A DNA stretch of 64,000 nt from a virus. Its lineage: Duplodnaviria; Caudoviricetes. A program made the translations under genes and the position numbers. How positions within the stretch are numbered: position 1 is the stretch's first letter; every line of letters begins with the position of its first letter. This document shows positions 49,113-57,171 of the stretch, piece by piece. The stretch is taken from the IMG/VR virus record IMGVR_UViG_3300020042_013351, positions 1 through 64,000 of that record; one strand, given 5' to 3'. Below the pieces are notes generated by a model that saw nothing but the letters and a program-made list of their open reading frames with translations, was not told where the DNA came from and did not search any database.

Positions 49113-50123
49113 ATGAAAAAATTTGAACAGGCTCTGTTTGCAGCTGAACAACAAAACAAACTAAAGAGAGTCAGATTAAAATTGGATCCAAAAATCCGTG
49201 AAGCGCAGGACTACTCTCAATATGAAGGCTATGAAGGTTATGTTTTGAGTGAAACAGACACACACATAGAATTGCAAATTAAAGATCAACGCATCATGTT
49301 TCCTAAAGTGGTGTTGGAGAACAAGTTGAGAGATTTCATCAGAGGTGCTGCACCAAAATCATATGAATCAGGAAAGAAAATGTATGACAAAATCAAAGAT
49401 GCAAAAAACTATTATACAGATCCTAATGTTTCAGGTGCAGAAAAAATTGGAAGGGTAACAGGTGATGCAGTGGGTGGATTAACAAATGCAGCACTCAAAG
49501 CAGCTAATCCTATGACATATTTGCGTGGCATTGAGCGTGTAGCAACTGCACCAACCAGATTGTTGGGCAAGGCAATTGGCATTGATAATAATAAACAAAG
49601 TGAAGGTGGTGGTACGCGTACAGATTTTGGTGAACAAAACATGTTTGTTTATATGAATGGGCCATATGCTCAAAACATTGGCAGCATGATGCAAACTGCA
49701 GCAGACAATTACAATGCAGGACACACAATAAATTTACCAGCAGCAAATAACATGATATATTATACTGTTGAAAATAAGAAAACCTCCAACACAGACGAAA
49801 ATTATGTTATTATAGAAGCTAAAATAAACAGAATGCCCATTGGTCGCATGCCTGCATTTACAACTACAATGCGCACAAGTATCAGAGCATTAAAAAATCC
49901 ACCTCTCTCAGGTACATCTGCAATAGATTCAGCTTTTTTTGATGCATGCAAGGGTGTTGCAGATGAACTCAAAATAAATGTTAATAATACTCCAACAGAT
50001 GCAAAAAATGAAATATCTGTGACATTGTTGTACATTCCATCATTGACTGAATATGAAATCAAAGGTTATCTTACCAATAAATTTCAAAACGGTAATTTTG
50101 TTGTATCTGAAAAATATACTTGA
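49113..50123 (+). CDS. Hypothetical late protein, candidate internal head protein
   Basis: TAAATA at 49102..49107; MKKFEQALFAAE start. Confidence 0.6.
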   Translation: MKKFEQALFAAEQQNKLKRVRLKLDPKIREAQDYSQYEGYEGYVLSETDTHIELQIKDQRIMFPKVVLENKLRDFIRGAAPKSYESGKKMYDKIKDAKNYYTDPNVSGAEKIGRVTGDAVGGLTNAALKAANPMTYLRGIERVATAPTRLLGKAIGIDNNKQSEGGGTRTDFGEQNMFVYMNGPYAQNIGSMMQTAADNYNAGHTINLPAANNMIYYTVENKKTSNTDENYVIIEAKINRMPIGRMPAFTTTMRTSIRALKNPPLSGTSAIDSAFFDACKGVADELKINVNNTPTDAKNEISVTLLYIPSLTEYEIKGYLTNKFQNGNFVVSEKYT

Positions 50124-50153
50124 TTTATGCAATGTTGACTTCACAATGTAGTG

Positions 50154-50780
50154 ATGAAAACAAATTATATTTCTACCAAAGTCATTGAATTAGGTTCTTG
50201 TGCATTCCGTCAATGGCGTGCCAGTCATTCACACTGCCGTCACATGCATGGTTATCAACTGAAAGCTAAATTTTGGTTTGGTTGTTCAGAATTGGATGAA
50301 AAAAACTGGTCAGTAGATTTTGGAAGTCTCAAAGAGCTCAAAGCCAAATTACAAGACACCTTTGATCATACATTGTGCGTCGCTGCAGATGATCCATGCT
50401 TGTACATCTTTCAACAATTGCAGCAACTTGATGCTGTTGCACTGCGTGTATTTGATACAGGTGTTGGCATTGAGCGTGCAGCAGAATTCTGCTTCAATGC
50501 AGCAGCAGAATTTCTCCTGGAAAAATACGGAGATCGTTGCTGGGTTGAACAGGTAGAAGTATTTGAACATCAAGACAATTCTGTTGTATACAAGCCAGCA
50601 GCTGTTCAAATGCCACTTGTAGTTGTGTCAGATGCATCTGCGCCTGTAGTAGAACAAGCAGCACCACCACTGGGTCTTGCACCAGTTGCAGCACCACAAC
50701 GAGTTCCAATGCCAGCACCAGTGGGTAATACTGTTACAAGCGGCAAAGGCAATTGGTTTGCAGGTACAACTTGGGGCTAA
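50154..50780 (+). CDS. queD: 6-carboxy-5,6,7,8-tetrahydropterin synthase with C-terminal extension
   Basis: HCRHMHGY, VDFG, FDHT, VEVFEHQDNS. Confidence 0.88.
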   Translation: MKTNYISTKVIELGSCAFRQWRASHSHCRHMHGYQLKAKFWFGCSELDEKNWSVDFGSLKELKAKLQDTFDHTLCVAADDPCLYIFQQLQQLDAVALRVFDTGVGIERAAEFCFNAAAEFLLEKYGDRCWVEQVEVFEHQDNSVVYKPAAVQMPLVVVSDASAPVVEQAAPPLGLAPVAAPQRVPMPAPVGNTVTSGKGNWFAGTTWG

Positions 50781-51526
50781 CATTTCAGTTTGCGTACAAT
50801 GAATTTGAGAATTTGTGAACGCACAATCTCATTTTCACCAAACTTGCAGACATGAATGTTATTCTCCTGGCTTTCCTCATCGTCAAAACAACGCACGATG
50901 TCTGGAAAGCCAGATTTGTTTCCAATGTCGCTCTGTTGAGTATCACCAATGACCACATATCGTGAGTTGTGACCAAATCTGGTCAAGATGGTAACAATTT
51001 CACTTTTGGTAAGATTTTGAGATTCATCAATGATGACCAAAGAGTCATGAAATGTTAATCCTCTGACAAAATTGACAGGGATACACTTGATGAGACCATC
51101 TTCTATCAAGGATGCAGCAACAGTTGGTACTACCAACTCATGCAATTTATCCAGCATGGGTAAACTCCATGGCTTGAATTTTTCATCCACTTCACCTGGC
51201 AATGCACCAATGCTTTTGGTAGCAGATTCAACAATGCTGCGAATGTAGATAATTTGTTTGACCTGTTTGGCTTGCAACAATGTAAGACCTGCTAAAACAG
51301 CAATGTATGTCTTGGCTGTACCAGCACTGCCATCAACAAATACCATTTTTGTCTTGTTGTATATACACAAATCTAAAAATGTTTGATGCACTTGATTGAG
51401 CGTATATTTGTTGCGTATACCCAGACCACCTTTGGCATTTGTTGATGCACTCTCTGAGGGATGTAGAACTTCATCCAGGTCGTCCAACTCTTCTAAACTG
51501 CGTCGAAGCCGGCGTTTTTTGCTCAT
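50777..51526 (-). CDS. phoH: PhoH-like ATPase
   Basis: GSAGTAKT, RGLTF, IIDESQN, VIGDTQQSD, IVRSQI. Confidence 0.9.
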   Translation of the reverse strand: MSKKRRLRRSLEELDDLDEVLHPSESASTNAKGGLGIRNKYTLNQVHQTFLDLCIYNKTKMVFVDGSAGTAKTYIAVLAGLTLLQAKQVKQIIYIRSIVESATKSIGALPGEVDEKFKPWSLPMLDKLHELVVPTVAASLIEDGLIKCIPVNFVRGLTFHDSLVIIDESQNLTKSEIVTILTRFGHNSRYVVIGDTQQSDIGNKSGFPDIVRCFDDEESQENNIHVCKFGENEIVRSQILKFIVRKLKC

Positions 51527-51565
51527 ATGTCAAGTTTATTTAGTCATATGTTTGCGTTTTAATAG

Positions 51566-51593
51566 TTGAAACATCAGTGTATTGCGTTATAAT
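51566..51593 (+). promoter_or_regulatory. Sigma70-type promoter of queE
   Basis: TTGAAA-N16-TATAAT, 8 nt before ATG 51602. Confidence 0.55.
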
Positions 51594-51601
51594 AGTGTAT
51601 T

Positions 51602-52375
51602 ATGAATAATCTTGATTTTGACCCTGCACAAGAAACTATCTTTTTATCTGATGATCGCTTATTTTATACGATTGAGGGAGAAGGTGAATACATTGGTCAA
51701 CCATCTGTTTTCATGAGAATGTCCATGTGCAATCTCACTTGCAAGGGCTTTGCTTCAGAAAGTTCACCTCATGGTTGTGACTCATATGTTTCATGGTCTG
51801 TAAAGAACAAGATGACATTTGAAAGCATATGGAATGAGTTCTTTGTTAAACAGAAGTTTGCAGATAAACTAAACAGTGGTGCTATTCTCAAATATACTGG
51901 TGGAGAGCCTATGATTCAACAAAAGCAATTGATCAAGTTTACTGAGTATCTGGTGCAGCAACTGGGCATGCATCCCAAAATTGACTTTGAAACCAATGCA
52001 ACATTGATGCCAGATGAAGCATGGGTAAAAGATTTCAATGCCAGTTTTACTACATCACCTAAACTGACAACCAATGGAGATGCAGAGAGTAAAACATATG
52101 TTGCAGAGGTGCTGCGCTGGCATGCTCGACATTACAGCGGTTTTAAGTTTGTCATCAACAGTGACAAAGACATTGAAGAAGTTTGGCGCAAGTATGTGGA
52201 AGATGACAAAGGCATCAATGTGGATACCAACAGAATTTGGTTTATGCCTTGTTGTGGATCACGTCAAGAGCACATTGAGCGAGCCCCTGCAATTGCTGAA
52301 TATGCTAAAGCAATGAACGTCAATTTTAGTCCGCGGCTGCATTTGCTGGTTTGGGACAAGGCATTGCGTGTCTAA
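51602..52375 (+). CDS. queE: 7-carboxy-7-deazaguanine synthase (radical SAM)
   Basis: FYTIEGEG..IGQPSVFMR, CNLTC...CDS, TGGEP, FETNA, TSPKL, PRLHLLVW. Confidence 0.9.
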   Translation: MNNLDFDPAQETIFLSDDRLFYTIEGEGEYIGQPSVFMRMSMCNLTCKGFASESSPHGCDSYVSWSVKNKMTFESIWNEFFVKQKFADKLNSGAILKYTGGEPMIQQKQLIKFTEYLVQQLGMHPKIDFETNATLMPDEAWVKDFNASFTTSPKLTTNGDAESKTYVAEVLRWHARHYSGFKFVINSDKDIEEVWRKYVEDDKGINVDTNRIWFMPCCGSRQEHIERAPAIAEYAKAMNVNFSPRLHLLVWDKALRV

Positions 52376-52386
52376 TAAATAACAAC

Positions 52387-52851
52387 ATGAAAGATACCAA
52401 TGCAGTGAGCAAAGCAATTGTTGTTCACAAAGATAAAATTTTGTTGTTGAAGCCAGTGAACAAAAGCAAATGGCACTTGCCTGGTGGTCATTTGGTCAAA
52501 GGTGAAAGTTTTCAACAAGGCATGATGAGAGAAGTGTATGAAGAAACTGGTATTCACGTCAATCATTATGTGTGCATCAACACTCAACACAATTTCAAGT
52601 TGTTTTTGTGCAAAGCCCCCAGAGGCAATGTCAAATTAAGCAATGAACATGAAAAACATGCTTGGCTGTCTCCACAACAATCCATCAAAACATTGGACAT
52701 GACCAAAGAGACTGTGAGAGACATTCAATTGGTCATCATGTGCATCAAAAAGTTTGGAGCATTTTTTACACAAAACAATGTAAATAAAACATCAGATGAG
52801 TTGCAACAAGAGCATGAGCAAGTAAATACACCATATGGCAAAAAATCCTAA
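52387..52851 (+). CDS. NUDIX hydrolase
   Basis: GGHLVKGESFQQGMMREVYEETGI Nudix box; TAAATA at 52376..52381. Confidence 0.9.
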   Translation: MKDTNAVSKAIVVHKDKILLLKPVNKSKWHLPGGHLVKGESFQQGMMREVYEETGIHVNHYVCINTQHNFKLFLCKAPRGNVKLSNEHEKHAWLSPQQSIKTLDMTKETVRDIQLVIMCIKKFGAFFTQNNVNKTSDELQQEHEQVNTPYGKKS

Positions 52852-53086
52852 TACAGAAACCGAAACCGAAACTGAAACTGAAGCAGCTGATCCTCGCATT
52901 GTAGAGATCACAGTCTTTGTATCGCGCGGTGATAAGAAAGAATCAGTTGGTGCACGATTCAACCTTGAACACCTCATCAGCATTGGCAAAACTTCTGGAT
53001 TGGAAGCTGCTAATAATGAACTCAACAAACTTACTGGCAAGATTTACGCTGCAGCCAACGAAAAAGTTAAAGAAATCCTCAAATGA
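52835..53086 (+). CDS. Small hypothetical protein with ET repeat
   Basis: TETETETETE; TAAATA at 52823..52828. Confidence 0.6.
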   Translation: MAKNPNTETETETETEAADPRIVEITVFVSRGDKKESVGARFNLEHLISIGKTSGLEAANNELNKLTGKIYAAANEKVKEILK

Positions 53087-53805
53087 GATTAGCAGTATCT
53101 GGCACAGCTGGCCAGGGCAAGACAACCTTCATCAAGGATTTTCTTGCTGTCTGGCCCATGTATACAACTCCATGCAAGAGCTACAGGGATGTATTGGTTG
53201 AAAATAATTTGCAACACAGCAGCAAAACAACTCAACACACTCAGCAATGCATCATGGATTTCATGGTCACTCAGTTGAGTGAAACTGATAAAGATGACAA
53301 CATCATCATGGATCGCTGTCCACTGGATAATTTAGTTTATTCCATGTGGATGAACAGCAAGGACAACAAAGATGTGACAGATGCTTTCATTACAGACAGC
53401 ATCAAAAAGATGCAACAAAGCATGAAACACATTGACATCATCTTCTGGATTCCATATTCTGAATCCATTGATGTTGCACCAGATGGTTTGCGTGATACAG
53501 ACATTGAATACATCAAAGAAGTAGATGCATTGTTCAAGGAGATCTATACGCAGAACCTTTACAATGTAGATTTCTCCTTGTTCCACAAGGGAGACAGACC
53601 TCCCATCATCTCAATTTCTGGAACAAGGGAAAACCGCATCATGCAAGCTGCAGATTATGTTGATTTGCAGGGAACTGTGGTGGAACCAGATGAGCAATTC
53701 ATGAGCCAGCTAACAACACCAGAAGGTGCAAATCAGTTGGAACAACTCATCAAGCAGCAAAAATCAGCACTGATGGATGAGACCGGCAATATTTTTGTTG
53801 GTTAA
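53083..53805 (+). CDS. P-loop nucleotide-kinase-like protein
   Basis: SGTAGQGKTT and MDRCPLDNLVYS, resembling dNK/TMK/NadR-type kinases. Confidence 0.7.
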   Translation: MRLAVSGTAGQGKTTFIKDFLAVWPMYTTPCKSYRDVLVENNLQHSSKTTQHTQQCIMDFMVTQLSETDKDDNIIMDRCPLDNLVYSMWMNSKDNKDVTDAFITDSIKKMQQSMKHIDIIFWIPYSESIDVAPDGLRDTDIEYIKEVDALFKEIYTQNLYNVDFSLFHKGDRPPIISISGTRENRIMQAADYVDLQGTVVEPDEQFMSQLTTPEGANQLEQLIKQQKSALMDETGNIFVG

Positions 53806-54719
53806 TTGAGTATGGTTACTGTGTAGCGGCTGCCAACTGTTGGTGAAATACTTCCTGCAGTTGCATTAGCATTTAATATCACTGCTGATGATAAGTTAGT
53901 CTGTATTACAACATCAATATCCGCAAATTGTAGTTCATTTGCATTCAATGTATATGTTGCCGGAAAACTGAATGTTGAAACAGCTCCACCATTTATAGAA
54001 GCACCTGAGGTTGCTCCATACAATGTATCAGAATCAGCAAATCTACTGTGTATAATTTTTCCAGTTAATCTTGTAATAGTATTTGAACTACTTATTGAGA
54101 ATGTTACTGCACCAGCTAAGTTTTTAAAATAAATCAAACTGCACTGCAGTCTATAAAAAGAACTGTTAGCTAGTAATGTACCTGCATCATTAAATATAGA
54201 TGTTAGTCCACTGCCAGATGAGAGCGTTGAGTTTGTATTAACATAATGAACAGGCTGTGAGCCTGTTACAGCTATAATAGTTGATCTGAGACTACTGACC
54301 GCAGATGATAATGAAATAATATTACTAACATTGGTTACAGCAGATAAACTTAGTGTGTTAACATTAGCTGACAATGCAGTTACTGTTGCATTGAGAGAAA
54401 CAATGCTACTAGAAAGAGCATTGCTGTATGCAAAGCTGGAACTTGACAATGCAGTAATGGAACTGTACAGAGAAGCAGAAACGGTTTTAACAGTTGCATT
54501 GGTTGCATCGATAGCAGCAGACAAAGTGATGGCACTTGTAACACTGGCACTCAATGTTGCAGCAAATGTAACATGATCTTCATCAATGATGAAATCTCTG
54601 TACAAAATAGTAGCTGTGCCTTCAACTGTTTCAATGGGAATCAAATCTGAATTGGAGAGAATATCCAACCTGGGCAAGTCTTTGATGTTGATGGGAATGA
54701 GATTGTTGTTGGTTGCCAT
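53802..54719 (-). CDS. Fibre-like virion protein
   Basis: INIKDLP N-terminal motif, Ser/Ala/Thr heptad stalk, beta-rich tip; late promoter at 54727..54732. Confidence 0.5.
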   Translation of the reverse strand: MATNNNLIPINIKDLPRLDILSNSDLIPIETVEGTATILYRDFIIDEDHVTFAATLSASVTSAITLSAAIDATNATVKTVSASLYSSITALSSSSFAYSNALSSSIVSLNATVTALSANVNTLSLSAVTNVSNIISLSSAVSSLRSTIIAVTGSQPVHYVNTNSTLSSGSGLTSIFNDAGTLLANSSFYRLQCSLIYFKNLAGAVTFSISSSNTITRLTGKIIHSRFADSDTLYGATSGASINGGAVSTFSFPATYTLNANELQFADIDVVIQTNLSSAVILNANATAGSISPTVGSRYTVTILN

Positions 54720-54751
54720 TTCAAATTATTTATGTAAATGTTGATGTAACA

Positions 54752-55540
54752 ATGAAAATAGGTGTAGGAATTATTACATGCAACAGACCAGATTTTTTCA
54801 AACAATGTTTCAATTCATTGCCAGAAAACGTTGATGAAATTGTTGTGGTCAATGATGGTAGTCCATTACCATTTGATTTAAGTAGAGGCATAGAGATTCA
54901 AAACGAAGTTAACTTAGGTGTAGGAAGATCTAAAAATAAAGCATTGCAGTATTTGTTAGATCAACAATGTGATTATATCTTCCTCATTGAAGATGATATG
55001 CGCATCAAGAGTCTGGATATCTTTGATGCTTATATCAAAGCAAGCAAGGAAACAGGCATTCAGCACTTCTTGTTTGCTTATCACGGCCCTGCAAACAAAA
55101 ATGGCATTTCTGGTGGCAAGCCATACCCGAGAAAGATAATTGAATATCCATCTAGCCTTAAGATTTCACTCAATCAACATTGTGTTGGTGCTTTTTGTAT
55201 GTATACTAAAGAATCTTTACACAGTGTTGGATTATTTGACTCTGAATTCAATAATGCATATGAACATGTTCATCATTCTTATTTGATGTGCAAGAATGGT
55301 TTTTGTACAGAGTATTGGTGGTGGCCAGACTTAGCAGACAGCATGAACTATATTGAAGAACAAGCTTGTTCTGAACAAAATAGTTCTATCAGACCTCGTA
55401 ACGATTGGCAAGATAATATCAAAAAAGGCTTTGAGAGATTCATAGCTTTAGAGCAAGTTTCACCAATACAAATTCCAGATAGTACACTTCAGAGTGTACT
55501 CACTAAACTTAAAAAAATTAAACCATATGTCAAAAATTAG
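54752..55540 (+). CDS. GT2 glycosyltransferase
   Basis: GIITCNRP, VVVNDGS, NLGVGRSKN, FLIEDD. Confidence 0.85.
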   Translation: MKIGVGIITCNRPDFFKQCFNSLPENVDEIVVVNDGSPLPFDLSRGIEIQNEVNLGVGRSKNKALQYLLDQQCDYIFLIEDDMRIKSLDIFDAYIKASKETGIQHFLFAYHGPANKNGISGGKPYPRKIIEYPSSLKISLNQHCVGAFCMYTKESLHSVGLFDSEFNNAYEHVHHSYLMCKNGFCTEYWWWPDLADSMNYIEEQACSEQNSSIRPRNDWQDNIKKGFERFIALEQVSPIQIPDSTLQSVLTKLKKIKPYVKN

Positions 55541-56285
55541 CTTATTAGTTCCAAGTAGAGAACGTCTCAATTTAAAGCTTACATTGTTAAGCTCCATCAT
55601 TACAACTGTATCTGATATCAACAATGTAGAATTAATATTTGGCGTTGATGAAGATGATCCAACACGAGACATTGTATATAAGATTGCTGCTGCAATGCCT
55701 TTTGTAAAAATTGTAGATATTCAAAACAATAAAAAGTTTATTGGCATCAACAAAATCTGGAACATATTGGCAGCACAAGCACAAGGTGATATTCTAGGTT
55801 ACATTGGAGATGATATGATTTTCAAAACGCTAGACTGGGACAAGGAAATTATAACTGAGCTTACTGATAAACTTCCAGTTGATCAAATTAAATTAGTTCA
55901 TTGCTATGATGGATACAGAACAACAGATGAAATTTGTGTTAATGCTTTTGTGCACAAAAAATATGTAGATATAATTGGATATTTGTGTAGAGAAGAATTT
56001 CTCATCAACTGGTCAGATCAGTGGATGTATCAAACTTTCAAAGCATTTGATAGAGTAACTTACAGACCAGATATTCACATCCAGCATAATCATTGGATAT
56101 TTGGTCATCGTAAAAAAGATGCAGTTGCAGATAGAATGCTTTCTGACAATAAAGATAGAATAAGTGATCAGCTATGGTTTGATTTAGTAGAGCAGAGAAT
56201 TATAGATGTTCAAAAGATTGCTACTCATACTGGTTTGATTCCAAATTGGAATGTTGTAGATACACAAAAGAATGTAAAATTATGA
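55527..56285 (+). CDS. GT-A glycosyltransferase
   Basis: LLVPSRER, GVDEDD, YIGDDMIF, WSDQW. Confidence 0.75.
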   Translation: MSKISLLVPSRERLNLKLTLLSSIITTVSDINNVELIFGVDEDDPTRDIVYKIAAAMPFVKIVDIQNNKKFIGINKIWNILAAQAQGDILGYIGDDMIFKTLDWDKEIITELTDKLPVDQIKLVHCYDGYRTTDEICVNAFVHKKYVDIIGYLCREEFLINWSDQWMYQTFKAFDRVTYRPDIHIQHNHWIFGHRKKDAVADRMLSDNKDRISDQLWFDLVEQRIIDVQKIATHTGLIPNWNVVDTQKNVKL

Positions 56286-57142
56286 TCATACAAATAACGC
56301 GCACTAAAAACGAATGTTTTTTACTCAAAGAGATGTTGCCCCTGTGGGCAAGGTATGCAGACGCTTTTATATTTTATAATGACGGTTCTACAGATGATAC
56401 ACAAGAGTTTCTAACACAAGTCAAAGATCAGTACAATATACTAGAAATATTGAACGGAGAGGCGCAGGAGGACTATATTAAAAAACTCAAGATAGAAACA
56501 TCTGAAAGGCAGCCTCTATATGATGCAGCGTTTAAATACAGTAATAAAATTATTTGTTGTGATTCAGATGAATATTTAGATGGCACTATTACAAAGCAAG
56601 AGCTGGAGAGTATACTTGATAAAAACCAAGATACAACATTTTATTTACAGTGGGTACAATATACAGATACAAATTCGGTGCGTGTAGATGGACCGTGGGT
56701 CAACAATTTCAAAGTGCGCATCGGATGTTATACAACTCGTGGTGATTTTGGTGTAGCACAAATGCATTCCTTGCATTTACCAACTGCTGCTAAACAAGCA
56801 GCTATAGACAAAGACAAATTGTTTATTGCACACCTGCAATGGCTTGATAAGCGATGGGTGGGTGTTAAGCAATATTTTTGGAAAATTAATGACTATGTAA
56901 ATAAAACTATACATGATGCACAAGTTATTGAAGCATCTGCATATGATGCTTCAGTTAATAATTTTAATTGGAAATATGCACATTTTGATGTTAATCTTAA
57001 AGTTAATCCTAAAATTTACAGCAATCAATCTATAAAAGAAAATTATAAACTTGAATACATTAAAAAGTATACCCAACAACTCAATATTCCTAATTTAGGT
57101 GATTGGGGAATGGGCATTTATGATTATGCAATAAAATGTTGA
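56282..57142 (+). CDS. GT2-like glycosyltransferase
   Basis: TKNE, YNDGSTDDT, CDSDEYL. Confidence 0.7.
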   Translation: MIIQITRTKNECFLLKEMLPLWARYADAFIFYNDGSTDDTQEFLTQVKDQYNILEILNGEAQEDYIKKLKIETSERQPLYDAAFKYSNKIICCDSDEYLDGTITKQELESILDKNQDTTFYLQWVQYTDTNSVRVDGPWVNNFKVRIGCYTTRGDFGVAQMHSLHLPTAAKQAAIDKDKLFIAHLQWLDKRWVGVKQYFWKINDYVNKTIHDAQVIEASAYDASVNNFNWKYAHFDVNLKVNPKIYSNQSIKENYKLEYIKKYTQQLNIPNLGDWGMGIYDYAIKC

Positions 57143-57166
57143 TTTTACAAAAATATAATATATAAT
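57139..57166 (+). promoter_or_regulatory. Sigma70-type promoter
   Basis: TTGATT-N16-TATAAT, 5 nt before ATG 57172. Confidence 0.55.
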
Positions 57167-57171
57167 ACTAG

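Noticed and set aside
52855-52883. GAAACY tandem repeat
   Set aside because: It only encodes the ET dipeptide run of a small protein; too short to suggest an array or phase variation.
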